This document shows, in pieces, positions 22,416 through 33,327 of a stretch of 64,000 nucleotides of DNA (position 1 is the stretch's first letter; every line of letters starts with the position of its first letter). The position numbers were made by a program, and so were the translations under genes. The notes beneath the pieces were generated by a model that worked only from the letters and a program-made list of their open reading frames with translations, searched no databases and was not told the origin of the DNA. This stretch comes from an uncultured Phycisphaerales bacterium (lineage in GTDB: Bacteria; Planctomycetota; Phycisphaerae; Tepidisphaerales; Tepidisphaeraceae). The stretch covers positions 1,504,001 through 1,568,000 of the forward strand of contig CAVWVQ010000003.1 in NCBI GenBank assembly GCA_963758525.1. Direction: 5' to 3'.

Positions 22416-24768
22416 TTGTATATGTTGATGCTGCGTACGCTGAAATCGAAATTATTTGCCATGTCGGTCGTTTCCACCGGCGCCGCCCTTGTGGCGGTTT
22501 GCGGCCTGCTGGGGTGGTACGACTATCACACGTTCCGCAAAGCGATGGTCACGCAAGCCCAGACCATCGCGCATCTCGTGGCCCACAACAGCATCGCCGC
22601 CCTCTCCTTCGCGGATAGCAATGATGCCGCTCAAACTTTGGCGTCGTTGCGCAGCGAGCCCCATATCGTGGCAGCCTGCGTTTACGACCACACGGGAAAA
22701 AGTCTCGCGTCGTATTTTCGCGACGATCCCGTGCCGTTGCCGAGTCCCGGCGAACTGGCTCCGGGCACGTCCCAATTCAAAGAAGACCGGCTGGAAGTCA
22801 CCTGCCCGATTCAGCTCACCGGCGAGGAACTCGGCTCTGCCTACATCAGAATGGACCTGGGCGCTCTTCACGAGCGGACGAACCGATACGTGATGGTGTT
22901 CGGCAGCGCGATTCTTGCGGCGATGGCGGTCGCATTGGGGTTCACCACCCGGCTCAGCCGCTACATCATCGGCCCGATCGAGCACCTCAGCCGGACGGCC
23001 ACCGACGTCTGGACGAACCAGAATTATTCGGTGCGCGCGATGAAGACCACCAGCGATGAGCTGGGCGCGCTGGTCGACTGCTTCAATATCATGCTGAATC
23101 AGATCCAGGAGCGCGACCATCAGCTCACGCAGCATCGCGAACACCTGGAGGATCTGGTGGCGGTGCGCACCACGGAATTATCCAATGCCCGCGACAAGGC
23201 CGAGGAGGCCAGCCGCGCCAAGAGCAATTTTCTGGCAAACATGAGCCACGAGATCCGCACCCCCATGACCGCGATCCTGGGATACGCCGATCTCATGCTG
23301 TCGCCGGTGCAGACAATGTCGGACCGGATCAACTCTCTCCAGGTGGTTCGGCGGAACGCGCGGCATTTGATGGAGCTGATCAACGACATCCTCGACATCA
23401 GCAAGATTGAAGCCGGGAAGATGACCGTGGAGGCTATCGCCTGCGACCCCGCCCGGGTCGCGATGGAAGTCGCTTCGATGCTCCGGCCGCGAGCCATCGC
23501 CAAATCCCTTCCCCTCTCCGTGGAATTCGTGGGAGACATTCCCGCGGAGGTCAACACCGACCCGCTGCGGCTCAAGCAAATCCTCATGAACCTCACGGGC
23601 AATGCCATCAAATTCACTGAGCGGGGGAACATCTGTGTCAGGCTGTCCGTTGAAAAGCGGGCGGACGCAAGCCGGGTGCGGTTCGACATCATCGATTCGG
23701 GAATCGGCATGTCGCCGGACCAGGTGGGACGTCTCTTTCAACCCTTCGTGCAGGCCGATGATTCGATGACTCGCAAGTATGGCGGCACCGGCCTGGGATT
23801 GGCGATCAGCAAGCGGCTTGCGAAATTCATGGGCGGGGACATCTCCGTTTGCTCCGAGCCGGGACATGGGAGCACGTTCAGCTTCTGGCTCGACGGCGGA
23901 CCGCTGCACAACGTCCCGATGCGGCAAGGGCTCACGGAATCGATGCTCGCGATCAGTCCTGATACTTCCGAAATCGAGCAGATCGTGCTGCGCGGGAAAA
24001 TCCTGCTGGCGGAAGATGGAATCGACAACCAGCAATTGCTGACGCTGCACCTGGTCACGGCCGGAGCGGTGGTGGTCATTGCCGAGAACGGGCGTGTTGC
24101 AGTCCAGCGGGTGTGCGGGGAGCCGTTTGATCTGGTGTTGATGGACATGCAGATGCCCGAACTGGACGGATACGGAGCGACCAGCGAATTGCGGCGGCTG
24201 GGATTCACGCTGCCGATCGTCGCACTGACCGCCCATGCCATGGGCGGCGACCGGGCACGGTGTATCGAGGCGGGATGCACGGACTACCTGACCAAACCGA
24301 TCGACAATGAGCTGTTGCTCCGCACGGTGGCCAGCTATCTCAAGCCGATCGTCATGCCGTCGCAACCGCCGCCATTGCCGGCACCAGTTGGAAGACTCGC
24401 GCGAGCTTGAGCCGCCAGCGGCCTCGCCCGCACGGCAGAACGCTCACTCGAAGGACCGCGCCGGCGAGGCGATGCGCCGCGCGGTCGAGGGATTTGTCGG
24501 ACGTCTTCCCGGTCGAGTCAACGAACTTGACAGTCTCTGCACGGGGCATGAGTTGGGGAAACTCGGCCGGCTGATTCACCAGCTCAAAGGTGCTGGCACC
24601 GGCTACGGGTTCCCGGCGATCACCCAGACTGCCGCCAGAATCGAATCAGTCGTGAAGAGCGACGCGGAATTCGATGCGGTTCGTGCCGCCGTGGATGAAC
24701 TGATTGCATTAATCCGGCGGACGGCCGGCTACGACCCGGCCAGAGAGCGACAAACCCGCCATGCCTGA
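22416..24768 (+). CDS. Membrane hybrid histidine kinase CHASE8-HAMP-HisKA-HATPase-REC-HPt (frameshift near 24400)
   Basis: YfiN-like periplasmic region 'AALSFAD...AAQTLASL...IVAACVYD'; HAMP 'DELGALVDCFN'; H-box 'MSHEIRTPM'. The HPt 'HQLKGAGTGYGF' lies in ORF 24307..24768. Confidence 0.88.
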
Positions 24769-26514
24769 TCAAATGATTCTCATCATCGATGATTCGCCCG
24801 ACATTCACGAGCTGGTGGAACTGGGGCTTTTCGGCGAACCCATCGAGCTGATCTCCTGCTTCGGCGGCGAGGCCGGATTGGCGATGGCGGTGATGCGCCG
24901 GCCGGACCTCATTCTTCTTGACGTTGAGATGACCGGGCTTGACGGATTTGAGGTCTGTCGCCAGCTCAAGGCCAATCCCCTGACCGCTGACGTGCCGATC
25001 ATCTTCATCTCCGGCGCATCATCCACAGCAGAGAAACTCCGAGGCCTCGAGCTCGGCGCGATCGATTACGTCACCAAGCCGTTCGACCCCGCCGAGCTGC
25101 GCCGCGCGTCCGCACGTCTTTGAACACCAGGCGGCTGATGGGTCTGCTGGCTGATAAAGCCGACCAGCTTTCATTTCAGGCAACTCACGATTTCCTCACG
25201 CGGCTCCCCAACCGGGCGATGTTCTCCGAGCACCTCCAAAAGGCGCTGGCTGCATCAGTACGAACCGGAAAGTCCGTGGGCGTGCTGCTGGTGGATGTGG
25301 ATCGGTTCAAGCACGTGAATGATACATACGGCCATCAGGCCGGCGACGAGATGCTCTGCCAGATCACGCACCGGCTGCGCGCGCGCCTGCGCGCCTCCGA
25401 TGTGCTGGCGCGCATGGGGGGCGATGAATTTGCCGCAATTCTCCCAGATCTGGCAAGCCCCGGCGATGCAATTCGCGTTGCAGTCTCCTTATCGCAGGAG
25501 TTGCAGGAACCGATCGATTTGATGGGACGCCAGCAATTCGTCACCATCAGCGTCGGCTCGGCAGCCTTTCCCCGCGACGCGATTGACATGAGAACGCTGG
25601 TGAAGAATGCCGACCTGGCGCTCTATCAGGCCAAGGATGCGGGTCGAAACACCGCCCGGGAATTCACTACCGCCATGAATGATGGGACTGCGGGCCTGTT
25701 GGAACTCGAGGGCGAGCTGCGGCTTGCAATCAAGAACAGGGAATTCCGGCTGCATTACCAGCCCAAGGTGGATCGGAACGATCGCATCACGGGCTTGGAA
25801 GCATTGATTCGATGGCAGCATCCGCGCCTGGGAATGGTCCCGCCCGGGCGCTTCATTACCCTCGCGGAAGAAACAGGGCTCATCATTCCGATCGGCGCGT
25901 GGGTGATCGAAGAGGCTGCCCGCCAGAGTTTGGCCTGGATCGCGGCGGGTCTGGGAAGAACGCCCATCGCCGTCAATGTTTCCGCGCTGCAATTCGCCCA
26001 ACCCGATTTCATCCGCGTCATCTCCAACGTCATTGCGCTCCCCGGCTCGCCACGGCCGTGCCTCGAAATCGAACTGACTGAAACATTGCTGATGCGCAAC
26101 ATCCGCGACGCCGGAGACAAGCTGGCGCAATTGCGGAAGATGAACGTGTCGATCGCCATCGACGACTTCGGCATCGGTTACTCGTCGCTGGCTTATTTGC
26201 AGCGGCTTCCGCTGGACACGCTGAAGATCGATCGCTCGTTTGTCAGCACGATCAAGGCGGATGATGACCCGACGCACGATAACGGAAGCGGGCGGAGCAT
26301 CGTCAAAGCAATCGTGGCGCTCGCAAAAAGCCTCGGCCTGCAACTGGTCGCCGAGGGCGTCGAAACCGCCCTGCAGCGTGAATTTCTGCTGCAGATTGGC
26401 TGCGATCAACTTCAGGGTTTTTTGTTCTGCCCGCCCAATACGCCCGAGCACATTGAATTGCTGCTCCGACAGCAGACGAAGATGGATGCGTCGCGGCTGA
26501 CCCGCTGCGCGTAG
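24761..26514 (+). CDS. REC-GGDEF-EAL c-di-GMP enzyme (frameshift near 25103)
   Basis: REC ORF ends 'KPFDPAELR' and the next frame reads 'RVRTSLNTRRL'. Motifs 'RMGGDEF', 'GLEALIRW', 'IDDFGIGYSSL', 'AEGVET'. Confidence 0.88.
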
Positions 26515-26615
26515 CCGAAACTTGCAGCAACGAAATCCACGCGATGTCCCCAAACCCTCGGTGACGCCTTCCCGGGGTGTAACTTTTATTTGTGGCGATT
26601 GCAGATTTTGCGATC

Positions 26616-26683
26616 GTAGGGCGGGATTCATCCCGCCGTTTTCTCAGCCGGCCAACAAATCGGCGGGATGAATCCCGCCCTAC
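26616..26683. repeat. REPIN-like doublet of GTAG-type REP sequences
   Basis: gtagggcgggattcatcccgccg (26616-26638) and its exact reverse complement (26661-26683); each arm is itself a hairpin. Confidence 0.9.
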
Positions 26684-26831
26684 TCGGAGCCGATCGCCAC
26701 TTTCGAGCGCCACACCCCCTTCCCGCAGCCACCCGCGGTTCTTCTCGAACTATAATGGCGAGCAGAATATACTGCTCGTAAAGCCAAAATCGAGACTTAT
26801 ATGCATGCGTACTCGATTGGAGACCTGCAAC

Positions 26832-27683
26832 ATGCCAATTCATGACTGGAGCCGCGTGGATGCCGGGATTTTTCATCATTTCCACCAGGCTTGGACAATC
26901 GAGATCACCTATGCACTCAACGGAGGCGGACTCCCGCCCGGTTACTTCGCATTGGCCGAGCAGATCGTCAGCGGTCCGATCCCCGACGTTGTCACATTGC
27001 AGCGGCGTCCGGATTCGGCACGTCCACCGATCGAGGCTGGCGGGATTGCGCTTGCCGATGCCCCGCCGCGAGCGCGTTTTACCACAACCGCGGAAGTTGA
27101 CCCCTACGTCGCCAAGGCGAACCACATCGCGATCAAGCACCGACTGGGCCGCGTTGCGGCTGTCATTGAAATCGTATCGCCCGGCAATAAGGGGAGTCAG
27201 CACGCGCTGCGGTCATTTGTGGAAAAGTCATATGACCTGCTGAACAGCGGCGTCAATTTGCTCGTGGTGGATCTGTTTCCGCCGTCGCGGCGTGACCCGC
27301 AGGGAATTCACAAGGCCATCTGGGACACCATTCACGATGAGCCGTTTGACCTCCCGTTGGATAAGCCGTTGACTGTCGCCGCATACATGGGCGGCGAGTT
27401 GAAGAGGGCTTACATCGAGCCCGTTGCCGTCGGCGACCTGCTGCCTGAACTGCCGATCTTTCTGGATGATCGCACGTATGTTCCGGCACCGCTGGAATCG
27501 ACCTACCAATCGACATGGTCCAAATGCCCCGAACCGGTGCGCAAATGGTTGAGCATCCGGCCGATTGAGCACAAGAGCCCCGATCGCAGCCCGTCATCCT
27601 CCTGCAACGGTTTCCCACACGAGTTGGCGAGCCGTCGATCCCCGCTTCGCTGGCGCAATGCGCCGAGCATGCTCGGCGGCTAA
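26832..27683 (+). CDS. DUF4058 family protein
   Basis: 'MPIHDWSRVDAGIFHHFHQAW...VIEIVSPGNK...LLVVDLFP...LPIFL...LESTYQ'. The true stop is probably TGA 27566-27568, reached after a 1-nt frameshift near 27543. Confidence 0.85.
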   Translation: MPIHDWSRVDAGIFHHFHQAWTIEITYALNGGGLPPGYFALAEQIVSGPIPDVVTLQRRPDSARPPIEAGGIALADAPPRARFTTTAEVDPYVAKANHIAIKHRLGRVAAVIEIVSPGNKGSQHALRSFVEKSYDLLNSGVNLLVVDLFPPSRRDPQGIHKAIWDTIHDEPFDLPLDKPLTVAAYMGGELKRAYIEPVAVGDLLPELPIFLDDRTYVPAPLESTYQSTWSKCPEPVRKWLSIRPIEHKSPDRSPSSSCNGFPHELASRRSPLRWRNAPSMLGG

Positions 27684-27702
27684 CCGAGGACCGCGCACCG
27701 TG

Positions 27703-28446
27703 TCACGGCAAATCACGGCGAATCAGAACATGCGTTGCAATGGTCAGAACCACGGCGGCCCATCCGGCGGTGTAGAGGAAGAGGTTTGCGAGATAGGCGA
27801 GAAATCGCCCTTTTTCAGGCTCCCATCGATAGTGCAGAAGATTCGGAACCAGGTAGTAGGCGCTGATCCAACCGGCCGAGGGCGTCCGGTCGAACGCCGC
27901 CCAGGCCATGACGGGAAGGGCGAACATCACGGTGCTGAGCAGCATCACGACCGAGGCGGCGACGATGGCGCGCATCTCGCTGAATACCACCGACGCGGCG
28001 GTGCAGAGCGCGTTGAGAAAGATCAGCAGCAAGGCCGTGCGGGCGGCAGCGAAAAACAGCCAGGTGTTGGGCCGTTGCCCCTTGATCAGCAGACAGACCG
28101 CAAAAATTCCCAGGAGGATCAATTCGGAGCCGACGACCATGCCGGCCATGCCGAGAAATTTTCCCAGCAGGTACTGCAGCCGGGTGATCGGCTTGGACAG
28201 ATAGAGCTGGGTTTCCTTTCGGTTGATCTCGCGTGGAATCTCCAGCGTTGTCCAGAACATGGTGAACGCGGCAAGGAACGTCAATGTCACGAAGATGCCG
28301 CTTTGCTCCGTGCCGGCTTCGTCATTCAGCATGATTGCCTGCAGGCCCAGGGCGACGTAGACCAGCACCAGCGTGAGAATGGCCAGTTGGATGAGCACTG
28401 CTCTTTCGGCGATCCGTCGAAGGGTGATCCAGGCGATGGAAAGCAT
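27703..28446 (-). CDS. ABC-2-type transporter permease
   Basis: About six TM helices; 'IPREINRK...LSKPITRLQYLLGKFLG'. Confidence 0.88.
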   Translation of the reverse strand: MLSIAWITLRRIAERAVLIQLAILTLVLVYVALGLQAIMLNDEAGTEQSGIFVTLTFLAAFTMFWTTLEIPREINRKETQLYLSKPITRLQYLLGKFLGMAGMVVGSELILLGIFAVCLLIKGQRPNTWLFFAAARTALLLIFLNALCTAASVVFSEMRAIVAASVVMLLSTVMFALPVMAWAAFDRTPSAGWISAYYLVPNLLHYRWEPEKGRFLAYLANLFLYTAGWAAVVLTIATHVLIRRDLP

Positions 28447-28567
28447 GTTGCGTCTGTTCGCTCCGTGACCTTGCGCGGCCATGCGCTTCCAAAAAGCTGA
28501 GCGGCTGTCCCGAGGGGCAGCCAGGAGCCTCGCACCCGCGCAAGTTCATTTACAGCGAAGCGGTTCC

Positions 28568-30424
28568 TTACGGTTCGAAACTCGTCTGGTCTTGCGTTTC
28601 CGATCCTGGCACGATCAGCCAGCCCCACCGCTCGGGCTGACGATCCCCGGAATTGGTCGGGCTCCAGGAATAAATCTGCCTGATGGACTGGCCATGTTCC
28701 TGAACATATCTGAAGCGTCTGGCGTTAAAGCGAAGCAGCGACGGGCCGGGACGAATCAGCAGCTTCCGCTGCAGGACCATCCGCACCTTCCACCCGCTGG
28801 GGGTCTTTGCGGCAGTTGCTTTGGCGCCGATCTCGGGAAGCACATGCGTCTGGGTTTTTGAGCCCGTCATGTCCATCCTCGCGGCCCAGACCACCCCCGC
28901 GGAGTTGGCGTCGATCTGGTAGTCAAAGTCGAACCAGCGGTCGGGATTGAACGAGAGCTCAAACGATTCGTCACGCGAAACCGGGCCGTTGGGCTTCTTT
29001 GTGGTTGCCGGCGGCAACGGGTTGCGCGGCTCGTCGGCCGTGCACTCGGCGACGATCAGATCGGATGAAATCCAGAGTTCCACATGGGAGTGAATGTCGG
29101 CGGGGATCGCCTTGCCGGTCGGCACCAGTGCGAAGGTGCCGCCATATACGTTCGATGCCCCGCGCATCTCCGGAGGAAGATCGCCGCTGCGCGGGCGAAG
29201 GGTTGCGACCGGGGACAGCCGGGTAAAATTACCCTGCGAGACGGCCAGCATCTCATCGGAGCCCCTTCTCAATAAGCGGGAGGTGGTGGGAAACGCGATC
29301 TTGGCCAGAGCCGCGGCTTCGGCAAACCGACCCGACAGCAGCAATCCGCGCCAACGTTGCGCGTAGATACCAAGCGAATCGATGCCCATCAGCGATTGCG
29401 ATCGTTTGACCGGCGCCGTGGTGGGCGGCATCAGGATGTTGGAGACAAGCGCGGCGACGTCGTCGAGCCCGCCGAGGTCATCGTCGGCGAGGGATTTGCG
29501 CAGCCGGTCGGCATCGGCATAGCGGCCGGCGCGGGCGTAGGTCACAGCCAGCGCGGCATCGGCGGCGGCGCTGAACGTCGGAAGCAGAGAGGGAGGCGCA
29601 GAGGCGCGCACTGACTCGGCCGCCGCGAGCGAACCTTTGTTGATTGCCTCCTGAAACTTGCGATACCACTCCAGGTCAGCGGCGACCTGCTCCGTCCAGG
29701 TCTGATATTTCGCCAGGGCCGCCTGCAACGCGGGCCGGTCCGGATCGGAGGGCGTCATCAGGGCCAGAAGCTGCTTCATTGCATCGGCCGTGAAGCTTCC
29801 GACCGGGTAAAGCCTGTATACCTGCCGCAGCGCCTCCAACTGCAGCCCCGGCTGCTTGTCTGCTTCCAATTGCGACGCCAGCCCCATATCGATGCCCATG
29901 TTGTCGGTGCTGGGGGAATTCGTCAGCGACAGAACCTTATGGGCATACGCGGGGTAATTGGGGGCAAGCTGCGCGCGCCATTCGGAGGAGAGCAATTCCA
30001 TGTACGCTGGAATCGTCTCGGGAGAGTCGCCGTACCGGGCGATCAGGTTTGTCAGCACCTTGCGGCGACGCTCGTCGGTCGGGGAAAGATGCTGGGAAAC
30101 GAATTTGGAAATTTCGTATGTGGCGGAGGTGAACAACTTCTGGTTGTTCTTGGCATCTGCCGAATCCAGCGTTGCCTGAAGCGAATTCCAGGAAGACTTC
30201 AGGGCGACCTCATCGCGGAGATATTCCGAGAAAGGGAGAAAGACCGGGGCCTCTTCTTTTTTGAACACCGCCAGCAGATCTTCGTCGCGGCGAAGAAGCC
30301 GATCGCCCCAACCGATCAGGACCGCCGCAAAAGCGATCGTGACGAACGTCGCGACGCCCCCGAAAGCAGACCGTTTAGATACCGGCGGCGCTGCGGCCGA
30401 GTTGACGGTTTGCGTGGATTGCAC
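28568..30424 (-). CDS. Membrane-anchored helical-repeat protein with possible C-terminal CBM9-like beta-sandwich
   Basis: N-terminal TM helix; Ala/Leu-rich helical middle; C-terminal 'RDESFELSFNP...YQIDANSAG...WKVRMVL...RFNARR...YSWSP...WGWL'. Confidence 0.6.
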   Translation of the reverse strand: MQSTQTVNSAAAPPVSKRSAFGGVATFVTIAFAAVLIGWGDRLLRRDEDLLAVFKKEEAPVFLPFSEYLRDEVALKSSWNSLQATLDSADAKNNQKLFTSATYEISKFVSQHLSPTDERRRKVLTNLIARYGDSPETIPAYMELLSSEWRAQLAPNYPAYAHKVLSLTNSPSTDNMGIDMGLASQLEADKQPGLQLEALRQVYRLYPVGSFTADAMKQLLALMTPSDPDRPALQAALAKYQTWTEQVAADLEWYRKFQEAINKGSLAAAESVRASAPPSLLPTFSAAADAALAVTYARAGRYADADRLRKSLADDDLGGLDDVAALVSNILMPPTTAPVKRSQSLMGIDSLGIYAQRWRGLLLSGRFAEAAALAKIAFPTTSRLLRRGSDEMLAVSQGNFTRLSPVATLRPRSGDLPPEMRGASNVYGGTFALVPTGKAIPADIHSHVELWISSDLIVAECTADEPRNPLPPATTKKPNGPVSRDESFELSFNPDRWFDFDYQIDANSAGVVWAARMDMTGSKTQTHVLPEIGAKATAAKTPSGWKVRMVLQRKLLIRPGPSLLRFNARRFRYVQEHGQSIRQIYSWSPTNSGDRQPERWGWLIVPGSETQDQTSFEP

Positions 30425-30454
30425 GGTGCATGCGACGGGAGCGAGACGCGAACT

Positions 30455-31249
30455 TCAAGCCGACGGCTGATCCGAAGGCCTGGTCGCGGGATTGACCTTC
30501 ACCTTTTCGACCATCGCCTGGGCCTTGGCGCGATCCTCCAGAAGGTGGGTCCGCGCTGCGGGCTCGCTCACGGAGTTGAGCTTTGAGTCACAGTCAGTCA
30601 CGAACTGATCGCCAATGTCAGAGATATACGATGCCGCGATTCCCCGCTCCAGGCGCTGGTTGTTGTCAGCGTCATTGAGGCCGTTATAGAAGGAGTACCA
30701 CAGATCCATCACCGCCAGCCGGTCGTTGCCCAATTGATCGCTGCGCGACCGGACCCAGGACGTCTGCACGAAAAACGGCGCATTCGGCAAATCTTTCGCG
30801 ATGGCCCAATGCTCTTCGGCCTTTTTGGGATCGTGCGTGTACTGCAATTGCGCGACGCCGGCATAGAACTGCAGCTTCCAATTATCCTGCAGTCCCAGCG
30901 TAACGCCCTTGTCGAGCAGCGCCACCGCCAGGTCGGGCCTCCGCGGCATGATCGAGAGGGCGCCATCGAGATAGGCGTCGGCGAACAAGGGATCCAGATT
31001 CGTCAGCGAATTGAGCTTGTTATACAGCGCTTCGGCCTGCTGCGTGTCGATGTCCGTCCTGGCCTCCCACTGAATCAACGTCATCCATCCGATGTTGGAC
31101 AAAAACTTGTCCATGCCGGCGTAAAACTGAACCGGGGCTTTCGTTTCATAGGGAACCATCATCGCTTTATCGCTGTACACCTTGTTCGCGACCAGCGAGC
31201 ACAGCACCAGGCCGACCAATACCACCACGAGCAAAATTCCAGGTTTCAC
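30455..31249 (-). CDS. Membrane-anchored TPR-like protein (XapA/PilG-like ABC accessory)
   Basis: N-terminal TM; 'WMTLIQ...TNLDPLFADAY...ALLDKG...WKLQFYAG...KKAEEHW'. Confidence 0.6.
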   Translation of the reverse strand: MKPGILLVVVLVGLVLCSLVANKVYSDKAMMVPYETKAPVQFYAGMDKFLSNIGWMTLIQWEARTDIDTQQAEALYNKLNSLTNLDPLFADAYLDGALSIMPRRPDLAVALLDKGVTLGLQDNWKLQFYAGVAQLQYTHDPKKAEEHWAIAKDLPNAPFFVQTSWVRSRSDQLGNDRLAVMDLWYSFYNGLNDADNNQRLERGIAASYISDIGDQFVTDCDSKLNSVSEPAARTHLLEDRAKAQAMVEKVKVNPATRPSDQPSA

Positions 31250-31286
31250 AGTACGGGCTCCTTTGTTGAGCAGTGGTCATCCAGAA

Positions 31287-32060
31287 TTACAGGTCCCGCT
31301 GACGGAAGACCAGCAATGCCAGCGCCATGGTCACCGCCGAGAAGAGCAGTGCATATCCAAGGCTTTCCGCCGCGTAGCCCCAATTGACCGCCGGCGCCGA
31401 CGCAAAAAGGGATTGGCTGGCTTCGCTGCGAGTATTGAGCAGGCTGAGATTCGGCAGCAAGCCATAGATGAACCGCAAAACAAACCGCGCCGTCGCCCCC
31501 GACTGGTCTGCCATCTGCCGGATGATCTGAGTTGAATGGCCGAGCCAGAAGATGAGGAAGGTGGCGACAACCGCGGGCACCTCTCCAAGGAACGCGCCGA
31601 ACAGCGCTCCCACGGACGCCAGCATCAATACCATCCCCAGCACACCGACGACCGGCATGAACATTTCCGGCGGAAGCGAGCCCTCGCTGACACGCACCAC
31701 GACGCAAAACCCGGCGCCGACGATCAGCACATTGGCGAAAGCGAAGAGCAGCGTGCCGAAAAATTTGCCCAGGAGATACTGATCGCGGCCGACGGGTTTG
31801 CTGAGCAGGTTCTCGGCTTCCCGCTGGCGAATCTCGCGCGGCACCTCGAAGCCAAGAATCAGCACCGACCCTCCCCCCACCAGGGAGATCAACACCAATC
31901 CCATATCCACCAGCAGGATTTGCCCGCGCCCGATCGATAAGACATTGTATCGATTTGCCAGGGCAATCAGGATGATCAGCAGCCCCCAGAGAATATATAG
32001 TGCCAGCGATTTGGCGTGACGGGAGTAAGTTGTTTTGGCAATCGCAACGATGTTGTCCAT
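31287..32060 (-). CDS. ABC-2-type transporter permease
   Basis: 'IVAIAKTTY...VPREIRQR...LLSKPVGRDQYLLGKFFG...LLPNL...FRQRDL'. Confidence 0.9.
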   Translation of the reverse strand: MDNIVAIAKTTYSRHAKSLALYILWGLLIILIALANRYNVLSIGRGQILLVDMGLVLISLVGGGSVLILGFEVPREIRQREAENLLSKPVGRDQYLLGKFFGTLLFAFANVLIVGAGFCVVVRVSEGSLPPEMFMPVVGVLGMVLMLASVGALFGAFLGEVPAVVATFLIFWLGHSTQIIRQMADQSGATARFVLRFIYGLLPNLSLLNTRSEASQSLFASAPAVNWGYAAESLGYALLFSAVTMALALLVFRQRDL

Positions 32061-32170
32061 ACGATTCCCTCATCTCGCGCGGGCGATACAGCGTTAACGC
32101 GTATCAGCCGCGACTATTCCAAACGACCCTGTCGTGCATCCGCCTCAGCCCCGTCGGGATTCTCGAAGTG

Positions 32171-32998
32171 TCAGTTCTCCAAACTTGAGCTTTCCAGCGA
32201 TTCCCTACGAATCGATTCCATTGTTTGTTCAGCCAACGATGCGCCAAATCGTTCCTTGTTATCGTGATCGACCTTGTGAAAGAAATACTCCTCCAGCGAC
32301 ATTCCAGGCATCTCTGAAAGCAGCTCTTTGGTGTCTCCGTCTGCGATCAGCCGGCCTTTATTGAGAATGCTCACGTGATCACACAAATCCTCCGCATCCG
32401 ATAATATGTGACTTGAAAAGAATACTGTACAGCCGCTGTTCTTTAATTCCAGAAAAATCCGCTTCAGATCACGGCGGCCGTACGGATCCAGGCCATTGAG
32501 CGGCTCATCCAGAATGACCAGTTCCGGGCGATTGATCAACGCCTGAGATATACCAAGTCGTTGCAGCATCCCGCGAGAAAATTCCCGGATTCCGCTGTCG
32601 GCCCGATCTTTGAGTCCGGTCAGGGCCAGACATTGGTCCACGCGCGCCGCCAGCTCGCCGGCGGTGACCTTATGCACTTTTGCCATCACCCGCAGGAACT
32701 CTGCCGCCTTCAAATGGGAAGGGAACGACGGATTTTCCGGCAGATATCCGATCCGCGAGCGAACGGCGTTGTTGGTAATTGGCTCCCCAAGGATTTTGGC
32801 TGATCCGCCGGACGGATGGACCAGTCCGAGCAGAATTTTGATGGTCGTGCTTTTGCCAGCGCCATTGGGCCCAAGAAATCCAAAAATTTTCCCGCTCGGA
32901 ACCGTCAAATCGAGGTGATCGAGCGAAGGGTTCTTTTTCTTGCTGAACCATCCCCCTTTGTATGTTTTTGTCAGCCCGATGATCTCGATGACGTTCAT
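32171..32998 (-). CDS. ABC transporter ATP-binding protein
   Basis: Walker A 'GPNGAGKST'; signature 'FSRGMLQR'; Walker B 'VILDEP'; H-loop 'SSH'. Confidence 0.95.
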   Translation of the reverse strand: MNVIEIIGLTKTYKGGWFSKKKNPSLDHLDLTVPSGKIFGFLGPNGAGKSTTIKILLGLVHPSGGSAKILGEPITNNAVRSRIGYLPENPSFPSHLKAAEFLRVMAKVHKVTAGELAARVDQCLALTGLKDRADSGIREFSRGMLQRLGISQALINRPELVILDEPLNGLDPYGRRDLKRIFLELKNSGCTVFFSSHILSDAEDLCDHVSILNKGRLIADGDTKELLSEMPGMSLEEYFFHKVDHDNKERFGASLAEQTMESIRRESLESSSLEN

Positions 32999-33327
32999 GG
33001 TCGTTCGCGATCTGCCGCCAAAAGAGCCGGTCTTCCACCCCCCGGCACTGCATAATGCCGCCGCCGGCAGCATGGTAACACAGGACGAGTCTGAATCGCC
33101 AGTAAATAGCGTTTACGCCGGTGGATTGAGCTTGCGAATTTGCGGCCGCAATTGGTGGTGCGGGCTTCCAGCCTGCACAGCAGCCGCGCAAACGCAGTTT
33201 GCTCCTCGTCGCCCGAAAATTCGGGCATCTCCATGAATTTGCCGGCGGCAATTGTACTTATCTCACCAGCCCGGCTCGCGAAACGCGCCCAGCGATTGTG
33301 ACCAATCAGGGCTGATGCCGGCCGGCG

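Noticed and set aside
26592..26831. 80-aa N-terminal extension of the DUF4058 ORF
   Set aside because: It is a translation of the REPIN (RDSSRR...RRDESRPT); the family start MPIHDW is at 26832.
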